NCBI GenBank assembly: GCA_951406725.2
Contig: OX597816.1
Coordinates: forward strand, 146,692,001 to 146,756,000
Direction: 5' to 3'
Length of the DNA: 64,000 nucleotides
Origin: Octopus vulgaris
Lineage: Eukaryota
Shown: positions 26,540-40,439 of the stretch, piece after piece
How positions within the stretch are numbered: the stretch's first letter is position 1
Layout: each line of letters opens with the position of its first letter
Notes under the pieces: generated by a model
The model's input: the letters and a program-made list of their open reading frames with translations, nothing else
Databases searched by the model: none
Told to the model about the DNA's origin: nothing
Made by a program: the position numbers and the translations under genes

Positions 26540-27270
26540 ACATCCTTACACTTTTATCGCCTTCAAAATATTCTCCATTTGAAGCAATGCATCGGTTGAG
26601 GTACGTTTTCCATTATTCGAAGCAGTGGCGAAACTATTGCGAGGTGATGCCTTTTAACGCTTCCGTGTGCTTTTTCTTAACCTCTTCCACATCCTCCAAT
26701 TCCGTAGACACTGCTTTCCTCATCAGTGATGACCTTCGAAAATAGTCTGGATCAACGTACAACTGTTCTTACAGTTTACGATACGCATTCAGTCGTGACT
26801 ACTTTTCATCTTGTTTGCAAATGCGGTACAAATTTTGTTACAACTCTTGTCATTCGCATGGTCAGAATCCGTTGGCAAGAGCTCCAGGACACACCAATCA
26901 TATCAACAAGTTCGGTAATTGTTCTGTAACGGACCCCAGGAGCAGTTCAAGAATTTTCATGAAGTTTTCATTCTTTCGGGAAGTTGATGGTCGCCTTCTA
27001 AGCTGTTTGAAGCATGACAACTGTTTCAGTCGCCGTTTTCCCTTGCAGAAAACAGAATTTCAGCCATCGAAAAAAAAAAGAAAACGATGAACAGGAGAGA
27101 AGCACTGCAAAACAAAGACGCACCATGTAGCAGTATGACCCCACACGATAATGCCGGTTGGCAGACTGGTCCCTGTGAGTGCATCAAGTAGTTCCCAACC
27201 ACGGAAGCCTGAACTACCACAGGCATGTCCCACAGTGAATGTTTCCAGTTACTTTTGGGAACTCCTTATA
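26540..27270 (-). mobile_element. Internally deleted mariner transposon
   Basis: Minus-strand fragments KFCFLQGKTATETVVMLQTA, GRPSTS, RVVTKFVPHL, KVITDEESSVYG fused to DVEEVKKK..RCIASNGEYFEGD; TIR-like ttccagttacttttgggaactcctta at ~27243-27268. Confidence 0.85.
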
Positions 27271-28851
27271 TATATGTGTGTGTGCGTGTGTGTATGTGTG
27301 TGCATAGGTGTGTATGTATGTATGTGTGTGTATATACTAACACATATGTATTTGATTAGCTATAAAGACAATCTAAAATATGCTAACCTTTTATTCTTTG
27401 ATTTTTTTTTCATGTTTTCAGCCGTAGGACTGCGACTATTTTGGAACGCCGCCTTAATTTATTTCCTTTCAGTTTTGTTGTCAGTTTATGAAGTGTGATT
27501 GAGTTTGAAGCCACTGATCTTACCAGAGTGCTGTTGTCTAGCCCGGCATCATCGTTAGGAGCTTATCGAACGCTTTTTTTTTATTTTTAGGGATCCCTTT
27601 ATACTTTTGGTTTCTTTAGCCAATTACAATTGAGGACCTCAGAAAATGTGACTTTGTGATCTCCAATATCGTATACTATGACTAACGTCGCTCGTACTAA
27701 TTGTGCGCCTTGTTCTAGGTAACTGGGTAAAGTTGCAATCGCGTTGAAAGTAGTGGCATATTTTTGTGTTTTGTGTTTTCATTGATTTTATTTAATTTAT
27801 GCTTAACAGATTCATCATGAAGCTGGGGGAGGGGCAGTTGTAATTAGGAATAATTCTTCATTAATTGAAGTAGCTGTTGTACTGTAGGAGCAGTAGAATA
27901 GGATGACATTAGCGATAGTGGATCGTTTTTGTTTTATTCAGTGAGAGTGGAAATTTCGTGCAGCTTGACTGTGGAGAAGAGCTAGTCATTGTGTAGTTTA
28001 ATAGGTCATCAATTGTGCTAGTGTTGAGGAGTGGTTGTGACGGCTAACCGTGTTGCTATTGTTGTTGTTGTTGGTTGGTAGTGGTAGTAGTAATAGTAAT
28101 AGCTGTAGAACACGATAGCATTCATGATGTTTAGTCTGTTTTGGTATATGAAAGAAATGAGAAATATTGTTAACTGGACTGTGAAAGGCAGTTTATCATG
28201 GAGTTCAATAGGTCATCAATTATGTTAGCATTGAGGAGTAATTACGTGCTAGTCATGTTGCTGTTGTTGTTTCTTTTGTTGTCGTTCGATTTGCTTTTGT
28301 TTCTGCTGCTGTTGTTGAACGTAGTTGGAGAAAAAAAATGTTGAATTTTCTTAAAATGTTTTGAAATTAATTTAAACGAGATTTAATATTTGACTTTGTT
28401 CTGTGTTTCCTTCTGGCAAAATGGCAATATGGCAATATAATTCAGACATAAAGCAGGTATGCTCCCAGTTTGGGAAAAACAAAACCACGCATTAAGTTTT
28501 CCTTGTGTATAAATACAAATCAGAGCACATATTTCTTCCGCCATCATGACGTAAATCATAACTTATATATATATATAAATATATATATGTGTGTGTGTGT
28601 ATGTGTGCGTGTAGGGGGAGTTGTGTGTGCTTGTTTGTTTATATATGAGTGTGTGCGTGGGCACGTACACGTATCTGTGTTTGCAGATATATATATATAC
28701 AAAACTATAGTTGCAAGTATGTATGTATATTCATATATTTATATAATATATAAGTATATATATATGCAGGTATATATATATATATACATGCATATATATA
28801 TATACATGCATATATATATATATATATGCATGCATATATATATATATATAT

Positions 28852-28882
<31 letters not shown>

Positions 28883-30459
28883 CATATATATATGAATATG
28901 TACGTGTGTATACACACAAATACATATGCCTGTATGTATCCACACATGTATAATACCTAAATGCTCATTGTACCTAATTAATAATTTACACACATACATG
29001 CATTAAATATAACTGTCAGCTTCGTGTGTCTAATTCGTCCATTATTGTAGCGCCAGATATTTACACAGGAACCTATCACTATATAATAATGAGGTATGAC
29101 AAATTTTACAGCTGTACATCAACAACAAATTATGGAGTGATCCAACAACAGCAAGCGTTAATATGTTTAAAATATTATTTGCATGTTTTCTTGAAAAAAT
29201 AACAAATTGCTGAAAACTATGTTATGATATAAAGTAACTAGTTTTGAATGAATTGAAGCTATACAAATATGTTATGAATGAATTTGAAAGTCAAGTACAT
29301 TTAGAGTTTCTATTTAGCAACTTACATAAGTGAAATGATCATAGCTTGCTTAGTTTACCACAAAATATATAAATGACAAATAGCATCTCTCGAAACGGAA
29401 ACAATTGAGTTTAATCGGTTTACTCAGAATTTATTTTGAATGGCGTTCAAAATATTTACCTGAAGAGAAATATTTTGAAATGGTTTAATGCTTCCAATGT
29501 TCTATAAAGAATAGGTAGTCGGCATTTCATCTCGCAAACTCACTGCTCAATTAAACGCGATTAACGATAATATGTTCTCAATCAGATTATCTTAGGTACT
29601 CCTCATGTTGTAATGTGCTCTACATCTATCTGTTCCTTAGAGCATCTAATTTATTTCATAAACATCATTCTTTCAGTTGTTATTGCTCAGAAAAATAAGT
29701 TCATTTACAATACAGACTTTGACAAATATATATTCGATATTTTTACGAAGGCAGACGTTTCAAAAGTTTATCATTTAATTATTGTACTTACTAACTTGAT
29801 TAACTGTCTGTCATTGCAAAGAATTCTATTGAATACTGTAGTCTATCTCAGTTAGAAGGTGAAACATTTGAATGTTATAAGAACAACTCACGGCTATATG
29901 TTTCTTATTAGTTATTTCCAAGACATATCGTCTTGTTTCATAACAACCGTTTAAGATAATATTCAGGAAATGAAATCTGTCTGGTTGCAGACCAAATGAT
30001 CGATGAATATATTTCAGATTTCTCTTGTTTATAACAATTTTATTTCTGTCATATTCAGACTGCAAATAATTAAAATAAGAAAGAACTAGCAACGCACGCC
30101 TTTTTGTCTCAAATAAAAGTATCGTGAACTTTTAGAAATAGCAGCCAATTCCACTCGAAATTCAACCCTTTAAAAATTAGATATATTCAAGATCATGAGT
30201 CTAGATATAATATCTAATGTAAAGATCAGGATTATCGAGATTGATATGTCTTTGATTCTAGGAACGATGAATCAGTCAAAGAAAATACGGTCTACTTTTT
30301 TACAAGATGGGAATATTGAATCAATGTATAATGTGCTATATTTTTGAAATAAACGTGTTTAAATCCCATCCGAAATGATGTGAACAGAATTCTGACCGAT
30401 CAGGGTAGAAATGTGGATTAATATGTAAAACAGGAAGCTTTTGATATGTCTTAGAGTGA

Positions 30460-31000
30460 AGGCGGTGAACTGACAGAATCGTTAACAAGTGGGAAAAAAT
30501 GCTTAGCGGCATTTCGTTCATATTTGTGTTCTGAGTTCAAATTCCGCCTGGGTCGAATATGCTTTTCCTCATTTCCGTGTCGAAAAAGCACACACCAGTA
30601 GAGTTCTTGAATGGGGTGGGGGCTTCGATGCATTCGACTTACGCCTTCCCCGAAAGTGCAGGCATTGTTCCAAAATTTGAAAACACTTGTTCTGAAAGGC
30701 GGCGGACTGGCAGAATCGTTACCGCGCTGGGAAAAAATACTCACTGGTAATTCGACTGTATTAACTTTCTGATTTCAAATTCCACCGAGGACAACTTTGA
30801 CTTTCATCGAGTCGGAGTGGATAATAAGTAGCATCTGAGCAGTGGGGTCGATGTAATCGACTTGCTACCCCCACCGAAATTTGAAACCAATACTTCTTAA
30901 GTCGGCATGCTGGCAGAATCGTAAGCACCTCAAACGAAATGGTTGGTTATATTTTTCCGGTTGCTTACGTTCTGATTTCAAATCACACTGAGATTAATTT
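30460..31000 (+). mobile_element. Three head-to-tail SINE family B copies
   Basis: Heads aggcggtgaactgacagaatcg (30460), aggcggcggactggcagaatcg (30697), gtcggcatgctggcagaatcg (~30901). Confidence 0.8.
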
Positions 31001-33519
31001 CCCGAAACGTTACTGACTGTCTGAGTAGATTAGAAACAATATTACTTAAAGGGAGCCCTTCATACCATTGGATCATTTTGAGTAGATTTCCTTAATTTTA
31101 TATGTTTTAGTTCACTGTTAATTATTTTTAAGACCAATTATTTTAATTTTATTTCTTTAAGTCACAATTTCTCGTTCTGGTTTTATCCACTTCTTTTATT
31201 TCTATTTCACTAGAATCGCAACATCTAATTGGCTTGCTCTCGTTCTTATTTATTCATATTTAGTTCCGACTGAAAGTATTAATTTTAATTATTTCCGTTC
31301 AATTTCCATTGACCCGCTATTCTTGAAAATATCTGTTATGCAATTATATATGTGTGTATGAGTTCAGACAACACCACACATAATCAGACGTTAACACACG
31401 TTCATATATGATGTTAATAGTTGACTACAAATAAAAATGAGAGTACTCAGTAAATTGGATAGAATGAATATATATTTTATATTGTAGATAACTACTTTTA
31501 CTTGTTCTCGGGTATAGCATTCTTCCCATGGGTGCGTCTTATATGATATTATTTCTTTTGAATGGTTCGTTAATTTGTCTTTTAACCGCAGCCGTCTGTC
31601 AATTTCTGTTTAAGGATAAGCAAGATGTAATATCAGTAGATGATAATGTTGGGGAGAAAATCTATAATAATGTGCTCCTGAATGTGATTTCGCATCGTTT
31701 CACTGTTTATACACTTAATTGAACATCAATGCTTGATTGAAATTGATATCAAATTCATATCATTTTTTCATATGTGTGCAATTTTTTCAAATAACTCTGC
31801 TTTTATGCAACATTATTTCTGTTTTACTATCGTATATAAAATAACTACCCTTGGCAAATCTGAAGAATTTCATGAGTACGTATTTGAAGAAGAGGAAGAT
31901 AAAGCTCAAAAGTGTCAATGATGTAAAAGTACAATTATTTCTCTTCTCAAAATATTGAACCAACTGTCAAGCTAGTTAAATTTATTCCATTGTCGGATGT
32001 TTGTGATTTTCTTGATAATATGTATATTATGTTGTATGTTTACAAATTATTTCAATTGTAAACTGTGGTTGATCATTTGAGAATGGAGCTACTGTTCCAT
32101 TTTTGAGAGTTGCAACGTGATGCTTGCTTTTGTTCGTTTAACTACAGGTTTCCGAGAACCAGCAATGAAAATTATCACGTGGCTCACTTCAACTGTCTGA
32201 CTCGATATCAACGCACAACAAAATTATTTCATTCCTCATTCCAGACATTGGAATTCCCTCGACAATTTCCCCATTCAGCCAACGCAACTTCAGAGGTATG
32301 AAAGCAAGACAGACACACAGACAGAAATAGAAAGAGAGGGAGGTAGAGAGGAAAGGAGTGTAATGCAGCAGAAGTCGACTAGTAATTATCTATATCTGAA
32401 TTAATAGAGGCAGCGTGAAATATAGATCATTGCTCAACAAGACAAGGCACGATCATATCCAGAAATCGATCATATAAACATATGCTCTGACCCTATACTC
32501 TCACTAATACACTATGCGCACTCTTAATGTATAAAAAGGACAAAATCTATTTTAAGGAACAAAGACCAAATAAAACAACAGTTGAAATTAAATAAGAAAC
32601 AAAACGAGTGCATCAATAAAAATTATATCAGTATAGAATTAATAGTTGAATAGTCTATCATATAACATTTGCAGTTTATAGATAGGGAACGTCGAAATAA
32701 AATTGAACAGCATAAATTAAAATTTGCAAGTGACTTTTCTGGTTAGGATGTGGTTTGGTAGGAAGGGGTGAAAGAAAAGCAGTAATGAAAAAGAGATGGG
32801 AGTGGGGGAGTTGGTAGTAAAAATGCTAAGGAGAGTAGAAACACGACGTGGTAGGATAGAAAATTCAGAAGAAATTGTTATGCGTTTATTTATACATGTA
32901 TGCGTATATAACACAATACGTGTATTAGTTAATGTAAAGAATATAATAATTATTATTCCCACAACAATGGTGAAGAAAGAAAACTAATGAATAATAAGTA
33001 TTTCTACCTAAATATTTATAGCAATGATAAAATTTGTGATAATAATTAGGATAATAAAGGGGTAAAGCGAATATTAATAATTTAAATTTATTGTTGTTGT
33101 TATTTTCATTATTTCACTGCTTATTATTTTGGAGAATTTGGTGTACACCATGGTCAATATGATGCCAATGCTCTTGAACAAAAACCGAGAGATTTCCTTT
33201 TGAGTGGATCATGAATACAACTCTGGAAATATATTCATCAAAGTGTACATTTACATATGAATGTTGCGACTTTTCTACCTTCATGGAATTAATGTTTTGT
33301 GAAGGCTAATACTGTATAGTTAGCTAGAGACCAGTTATTATCAAAAAGCTTTCACATATAAAAACTACACGCGCACACACAGTAACGTACACGTATGAAT
33401 AACTATGTGATATGTAAATGCGTGTGAGTTCATAAGGTTCATTGTACAAATATATATTCGTTACTAATACATATTCAATGTATTTTATTTAATAACTTAA
33501 TAACAATTACACCAGAACA

Positions 33520-33544
33520 CGTATATATACATACACTCACACAT

Positions 33545-33617
<73 letters not shown>

Positions 33618-33677
33618 CATATATATCTATATATGTATGATATATATATACACATATACATATATGTATATATATAC

Positions 33678-33720
<43 letters not shown>

Positions 33721-33903
33721 CATACATACATACATATATACATATATATCTATATATGTATGATATATATATACACATATACATATATGTATATATATAC
33801 ATATACATATATATATATATATGTATATATACATACATAAATATCGATATATGTATATTATACATATATACATACACACATATATATATACACATATATA
33901 TAT
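33520..33903. repeat. Compound TA/TACA microsatellite with internal ~123 bp duplication
   Basis: atatctatatatgtatgatatatatatacacatatacatatatgta at ~33622 and ~33745. Confidence 0.85.
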
Positions 33904-35283
33904 GCAAGGGTTTCTCTGTAGGTGCATGTACATTCATGTTCACACGTGACTATATCTCTGCTTCTCAAATTATTATTAGATATTTTTGATTATGTTTGAA
34001 GCTAATGGAGACTGCGATACATTTTGATGTATATCCTTTTATAAATAATATTATAACCGAATGTGTGGAATATAATTGTTTAGCCAAGCGAATTTCCCTG
34101 TTCGATCTTTCAGTTTTTATTAGATATGTACATTGAAGTGTTTTTTTTTTTCTTTTTATATGCATAAATACGTGATATATATTACAGAATCTTCACACAT
34201 TGTAATTGGCCTGCACGTAGACAATTCCACAATACAAAAAAATATCGATGCCAAAATGCGTAATATGCGATCATATTCCCCATTAATTTTTTTTTAAATA
34301 TTCGTCTGAATAATATAACAAATGGAAAAGCATCGATGTGTCTTTTTCTCGAATACTACTTCTATTGTTATAAAATACATTATGAATTCAAATATATGAT
34401 ACTTCCAATGTGTTAAAGACATGTTCTTGTTATTTCTATTTTTCCTTGGTTTTTGTCATATAACAACATTTAATATCAAATCTTTCAATTTTATTAGCGT
34501 CATGCTTCATAATTTCAGAGGATTATTACTTTGTTGCATTGTTCTTTACAATTATAGTTTTTGAAGTTTTAATTTTGAATTCAGACTCTATTCAACAAAT
34601 ATTCAAATTTTTCCCAACCAAATTTTGATTCATAGGTAAAAATGCTGGTAGAATTTTCATTGGTATCCAATATATGTATTTTGCCATATTCTCGCTTTTC
34701 TCACGCTCTAGCTTTAGAGCAGGATTATATGTAAAAGGAATACAAAGAGGTACGCTGAAATGAAATTCTAATCTAAAGCCCTTAAAACTGGAGCATAAGA
34801 ACGAATATCAGAAATCACTCGGCAAAGTCATTCCTTTTTATCATGTAGAATTGACTACATTTGAAGCAATATAAAATCACATCATATACTGGAACATAAA
34901 ATGAGAAAATTGCTTTAAAGCATTTTATCTCAGTTAGTCATACGTAAGGGAAAACTGTTATCTACTAATGGCAGTTGAAGTGACAAACTAGGAATTAAGT
35001 ATATTTTCAATTTTTCATATATAGAATATAGGAACCAGAAGCACTGTAATCATGAAATTAAATATCATTTAGTGAATTGAAATGATGTCCATATTATTAG
35101 TGCCTTAATCATAAAAACACGTGTAAATTTCGGGTAAAAAGAAGTCGATGTGAGAGAAGTTTAATCCGTATTTTAGAACAATGCGATATACGTACATAAC
35201 ATTCGCATAACTAAATAGAAACAGTCATGGATAATAAAGCAATATACACGTAATATATCACAGAAATAATAATAGTTTAATGC

Positions 35284-35487
35284 TTTCACTTGTTTCAGTC
35301 ATTTGACTACAGCTATGCTGCTGCAGCACCGCCTTTAGATGAACAAATCGATCCCAGGACTTATGCTTTGTAAGCCTAGTTCTTACTCTACCCCGCGCTT
35401 TTGCCGAACGACTAAGTTACGGGGACATAAACACACCAAAATCGGTTCTGAAGCGATAGTGGGAGAACGAACACAGACACACACATA
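35284..35487 (-). mobile_element. SINE family A, right half
   Basis: cttgtttcagtcatttgact..ttttgccgaac..taagttacggggacataaacacacca. Confidence 0.8.
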
Positions 35488-35777
35488 TGTGTTGAGAGGA
35501 ATTGTTTCGAGTTTGAATAATTCACATCTGCAAACATTGTGTTTCGTTCAACGTTCTTAAACAACCCTTATTCAAACACTGTTTGAGCGGAGTGGGCGGC
35601 AAAGAATTCTGTGTCCCACCTCCAAGGTCATGCACTATTTATCTTGATATGATATCACCATGTCAAGCACATATGTCTGCGAGGTATATGCCTGGTGTAT
35701 CCTTCTCAGACAGGTATACTGGGGTCCGTATATTTTACACCAGTGTCACTTTCATGGCATGCACTACTTTCTGACTC

Positions 35778-35780
<3 letters not shown>

Positions 35781-35818
<38 letters not shown>

Positions 35819-35845
35819 TAATAATAATAACGATGATGATGATGA
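35781..35845. repeat. (AAT)n/(GAT)n microsatellite
   Basis: Direct reading. Confidence 0.95.
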
Positions 35846-35923
35846 TAGCTAGAACAGTCAAATGTGTGTACTTATATACCAAGCGATATATGTATGTATG
35901 CATGTATGTATGTAAGTATGTAT

Positions 35924-35985
<62 letters not shown>

Positions 35986-36040
35986 AAGTAATTTTGTTAA
36001 CTCGTCGTTCAGCTCCATTCTTTCATATATTTATATTTTT

Positions 36041-36077
<37 letters not shown>

Positions 36078-36226
36078 ACACACACATATATGAACATATA
36101 TTTTACACGTGGCCTCATCTTTCTCTCAAAGATATACGCTATGTTATATACATACATTCACATCAATGTAAAATAGTTTAATATCACTTTAAAGCATTAC
36201 TCTTGTTTTTAAATGACGCAGTACAT

Positions 36227-36297
<71 letters not shown>

Positions 36298-36300
<3 letters not shown>

Positions 36301-36435
36301 CCCTTTGAATACTTTCTATGGAGGATCGTATGCTCGAAACGACGAAGACTTTTCCATTTACCCAAGCGTTAACTAACACACCTGTTTATTGTTTCTTTAC
36401 CTATCTTCATCTTTTGTTTTCTGTAAATTTGAACT
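36298..36435 (+). mobile_element. 3' fragment of hammerhead-bearing element; decayed hammerhead at 36312-36347
   Basis: cttt-CTATGGA-ggatcgtatgctc-GAAA-CG-AC-gaag followed by the shared end tcttcatcttttgttttctgtaaatt. Confidence 0.6.
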
Positions 36436-36448
36436 GTACGTGCGTGTG

Positions 36449-36586
36449 CATACATACATACATACATACATACATACATACATACATACATACATACATA
36501 CATACATACATACATACATACATACATACATACATACACACATACATACATACATACATACATACATACATACATACATACATACA

Positions 36587-36616
<30 letters not shown>
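36449..36616. repeat. (TACA)n microsatellite
   Basis: Direct reading. Confidence 0.95.
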
Positions 36617-36619
<3 letters not shown>

Positions 36620-36761
36620 GGATTAGAGACAAGTACTTTCTATATACAATACACTTCGGAGTGCTCAAAATATCTAAACGTGTACAGGTTGATAAGTAAA
36701 TGTAAGGAAAAGGAAGCTGCAAGTCGATATTCAAAAAGGATAAAATACATTTAATTCAATC

Positions 36762-37144
36762 ACTGTGTGGTAAGTGGCATGCTTACTAACCACATAACCA
36801 CATGGTTATGGGTCCAGTCCGACTGCATGGCACTTTGGACAAGTGTCTTCTACTATAGCCTCGGGCCGACCAAAGCCTTGAGAGTGGATTTGGGAGACGG
36901 AAACTGAAAGAAGACCGTCTTATTTGTATGCGTGTGTGTATACGTTTGTGTCTGTGTTTACCTCCCCAACATCGCTTGACAACTGATGCTGGTGTGTTTA
37001 CGTCCCTGTAACTTAGCGGTTCGGCAAAAGAGACATATAGAATACTTACTAGGCTTACAATTAATAACTGCTGGCGTCGATTTGCTCGACTAAAGGCGGT
37101 GCTACAGAATGGCCACCATCAAATTACTGAAACACGTAAAAGAG
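36762..37144 (+). mobile_element. SINE family A
   Basis: Near full-length homology to 8213-8638. Confidence 0.85.
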
Positions 37145-38687
37145 TATATATACGTGTGTATACGTGTGAATATGTATGTATACACTACGATGTTATAAGT
37201 GGTAGAGTAACTACTGTGAATCTATCAGTTCCCCTCTCATACACGTTGTGCATTCGTTAGTTTGCTATCAAATACTGTTGCATAATACGGTGTACTTCTA
37301 ATTGCAAAAAATATGTATTGCATATTGAATACCCAGCTTCACTGAACCCATGGGTGTGTTAGTAAAATTTGTAAGAACACAGCAACGTAATAATGTGACT
37401 GTTTGTGTGTGTCTGTGAGTGTATGCATGTGTGTGTGCTTGTGTGTGTGTGTGTGTGTGTGATCATATATATGCATAAAAACATACACACACAGATACAC
37501 ACCCCCACACATATATATATGCGCACACACATACATATACATATGTATATATACAAAGTGTACTGTACTGTTAATGATCGGATCAACAAAAACGTATTTC
37601 ATTCAGCGAGAAATATCTTTTGATACTTCCAGTGCGCTACAAGTTACCTTTCTCCGATATTACAGTAACCTCCTGGTGTGCTTGTATAGCCTGCCATATA
37701 AACTATCCTGAAGTCGTTCAGGCTCAAAATAAACATGGAGTCTCCCTTCGAGCAAAAACCGAAAAAGAATGAGGAAGAAAAATAAATGAGGAAAATAAGA
37801 GCAAAAAATCACAACAACGAAATAAACTAGGAAAAGGGAAATAGTGTATTTATTTAGATTGCTAGAAGTGGAATGCTGGCAAAATTTATAGGAATTAACA
37901 AAGGTTGGTGCGCTTAATCCGATGGAGAACTACTAATGTTTGTCGGACTAAGACTAATTCGGAGATGGTGTTCTCCATTTTGACAGCAGCAATATTTAAA
38001 AAAATGTTTCTTTCAGTCGCTTTCTGAATATTCTTCCATTTTTTTTTTTCTAAAGGGATATAATTTATTTTAGCTCTTCAAATCCTGTTCCTGTTTGCCT
38101 CATAATTTATAGCGTAGGTCTCCCTACTCTTCTCCACACTAAGTTATGTAGACTATACTTTGAGTCCAGAATCTAAATATGGCTTTGGAAGTTTCTACTT
38201 GACTTCTTCCGGAAAGAGAACACATGTTTGCCATATCTTTGTTGAAGTCACATTTACATATTTCAATATATTTTCTTGGCATTATTATTTGGCCGAACTG
38301 AACTGAGCTCGACTTAGTATACTCTTGAGATAAAAGTGCAAGCTTCTTTAATGGACAAGTGCCGGGGGTTCCAGATGTTAAATTCCTGAGTGGGCGCCTG
38401 GTGTGACTTACGTCTGTCTCCAAAATATATATACAGCAGCCCAGTAACTTACCCTGATGACCAGTCATGCATGGTTAGCTAACTTTAATACGATGGCAAG
38501 CAAAGCTTGGTTATGCGTAAGCACGAAAATTAAAAGAAAAGTTATACTGGAATATATACACTTCAATCGTCGATATATTTTTTAAAAAGTGTATATGACG
38601 TGTTTCTTCATTTAAAATAATGTACTTTGATTCCATTCATTGTATTAGTTATATTCTGTTTTAGGAAAGTTATACATTTATGTATTA

Positions 38688-38860
38688 TTACTTCGGCCAT
38701 ACTGAGCACTGCATTGAACGGTTTCGGTCGAACAATTCGATCCTAAGACTGATTGGTTCAAGCCTAGTACTATTTTAACGGTCTGTTTTGCAGAACCGCT
38801 AGGTTACAGGGACATAAAGTCACTAACACTGATTTTCATGCGGTGGTGGGAGACACAGAT
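38688..38860 (-). mobile_element. SINE family A, right half, diverged
   Basis: ttttgcagaaccgctaggttacagggacataaa. Confidence 0.65.
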
Positions 38861-38889
38861 ATATACAGATATATATATGTATATATATA

Positions 38890-39094
38890 GTTAATCCAAA
38901 CAAGACAGCACAAAAAAACACAACAACGCGAGGACGTGGAACAAATATAGCATCATTGGGCGCTCAGGAAAGAAGGAAAGAATGCGGGTTTAACGTTTCG
39001 AGCGGAGCTCTTCGTCAGAAACATAGGAGAAGGAAAGATCCAGAGAAGGGAAGACAGAGGAAAAAAATCGCCAACGGTACACACGAGGTCACAA
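38890..39094 (-). mobile_element. ~200 bp hammerhead-bearing element between (TA)n tracts
   Basis: Homologous to 46508-46682 (cctgagcg.c..taat..tat..ccacgt.ctcgc..tgttttt..ttg..tt.gg..ttaa). Confidence 0.75.
38988..39022 (-). ncRNA. Minimal type I hammerhead ribozyme with canonical core
   Basis: Minus strand: gttt-CTGACGA-a-gagc-tcc-gctc-GAAA-CG-TT-aaac; stems I and II perfect; stem III palindrome AACGTT. Confidence 0.85.
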
Positions 39095-39100
39095 GTATAT

Positions 39101-39153
<53 letters not shown>

Positions 39154-39176
39154 TACCTACACACATACAAAAATAC

Positions 39177-39231
<55 letters not shown>

Positions 39232-39249
39232 AACATGTATATATATATG

Positions 39250-39306
<57 letters not shown>

Positions 39307-39308
<2 letters not shown>

Positions 39309-39456
39309 GGCGGGATTCCCTCTACCAAATCCACACACGGAGCTTTGGCCCGAGGCTATAGTAGAAGACACTTGCCGAATACGATACGTAGTGGAACTGA
39401 ACTCGGAAGTATTTCGTTGAGAATCTAACATCTTACATGCAGTCACACCTGCGCCT
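39307..39456 (-). mobile_element. SINE family A, left half, diverged
   Basis: ctaccaaatccac..ggcccgaggctatagtagaagacacttgcc..cacacctgcgcct. Confidence 0.75.
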
Positions 39457-40439
39457 ATAAAAGTCAAAGCTCGAAAACTTTGAAGACCCCGGGCAACGAT
39501 CTCGGTACCTCTCGCATGATATTCTTAGTATTGCACGTCTACTTCTTAGTATTTCATTGCCATGTTTGCATTATTCTTCGAAGAAGAAATATTCTCTACG
39601 TAACTATTTATGTATGAAACAACAGCAAAACACGAATCTATAAAATATTAAATCGGGGTTTCTTTTTGTTCTTAACGTCTGTCACTTAATATGAAATCCA
39701 TCAACAAAGATGGAAAACACGGAACCGAGTGCCCGGATTTTGAAGACCAAACATTTATTAGTGGGATAGAAAATTTGTTGATTCATTCCCTTGATAAAAA
39801 ACAAAATGAGATTTTTAGTATGGATATTGAAACTTCAGTTGTCATCCACTAAATTTGAGAAATTTTCAGGACATATGTTGAAACTCAAAAACAATATGGA
39901 AGTATTATGCATTTGTGTTAAAACTTAGAAAAACACCTTATTTGTGGGATGCGCCTCGTTAGGTTCGCGGAGAGAGAAAATCAAACATAAAATTATTCCT
40001 AGGCAAACTGTTTTGTTGCAGTTCATGTATAACATTGAGCGTTACAAAACAAATATTTTCTCATTGAGGATGATGACTATACACAGATGTAAGCATAAGT
40101 AGATCGTAGTAAATATTGAACCCCGGACGCAAATAAAGGTAAGGCATTTGTTGATGTGTCTCATTATTCTACCTGTCTTCTGTAACAAACAATAATAAAT
40201 ATAACATATTAAGCAAAGGCATTCATATAATAGGTTCACGCTATTTTGCGAAGTCGCACAGATATACACTAACATACAGGCACGGTCATCAGGTAGTGAA
40301 AGAAAGTATCTTGTTTAGTTCATAATACTTCAAATATTATGGTCTTGTAGTTTTGTATAGCTCCAGCTATCTCGATCAATTGCAGTGTATGTTAAACCTG
40401 GAACAGTTTAAATTGAAAAGATTCTCTCTCCAAGATCAC

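Noticed and set aside
29456-29490. CTGAAGA-gaaaatatttt-GAAA
   Set aside because: AT-only stem II with a 2 nt loop and no stem I or III; chance match
38139-38468. 109 aa minus-strand ORF with complex sequence
   Set aside because: No recognisable domain; more likely a decayed DNA-transposon remnant
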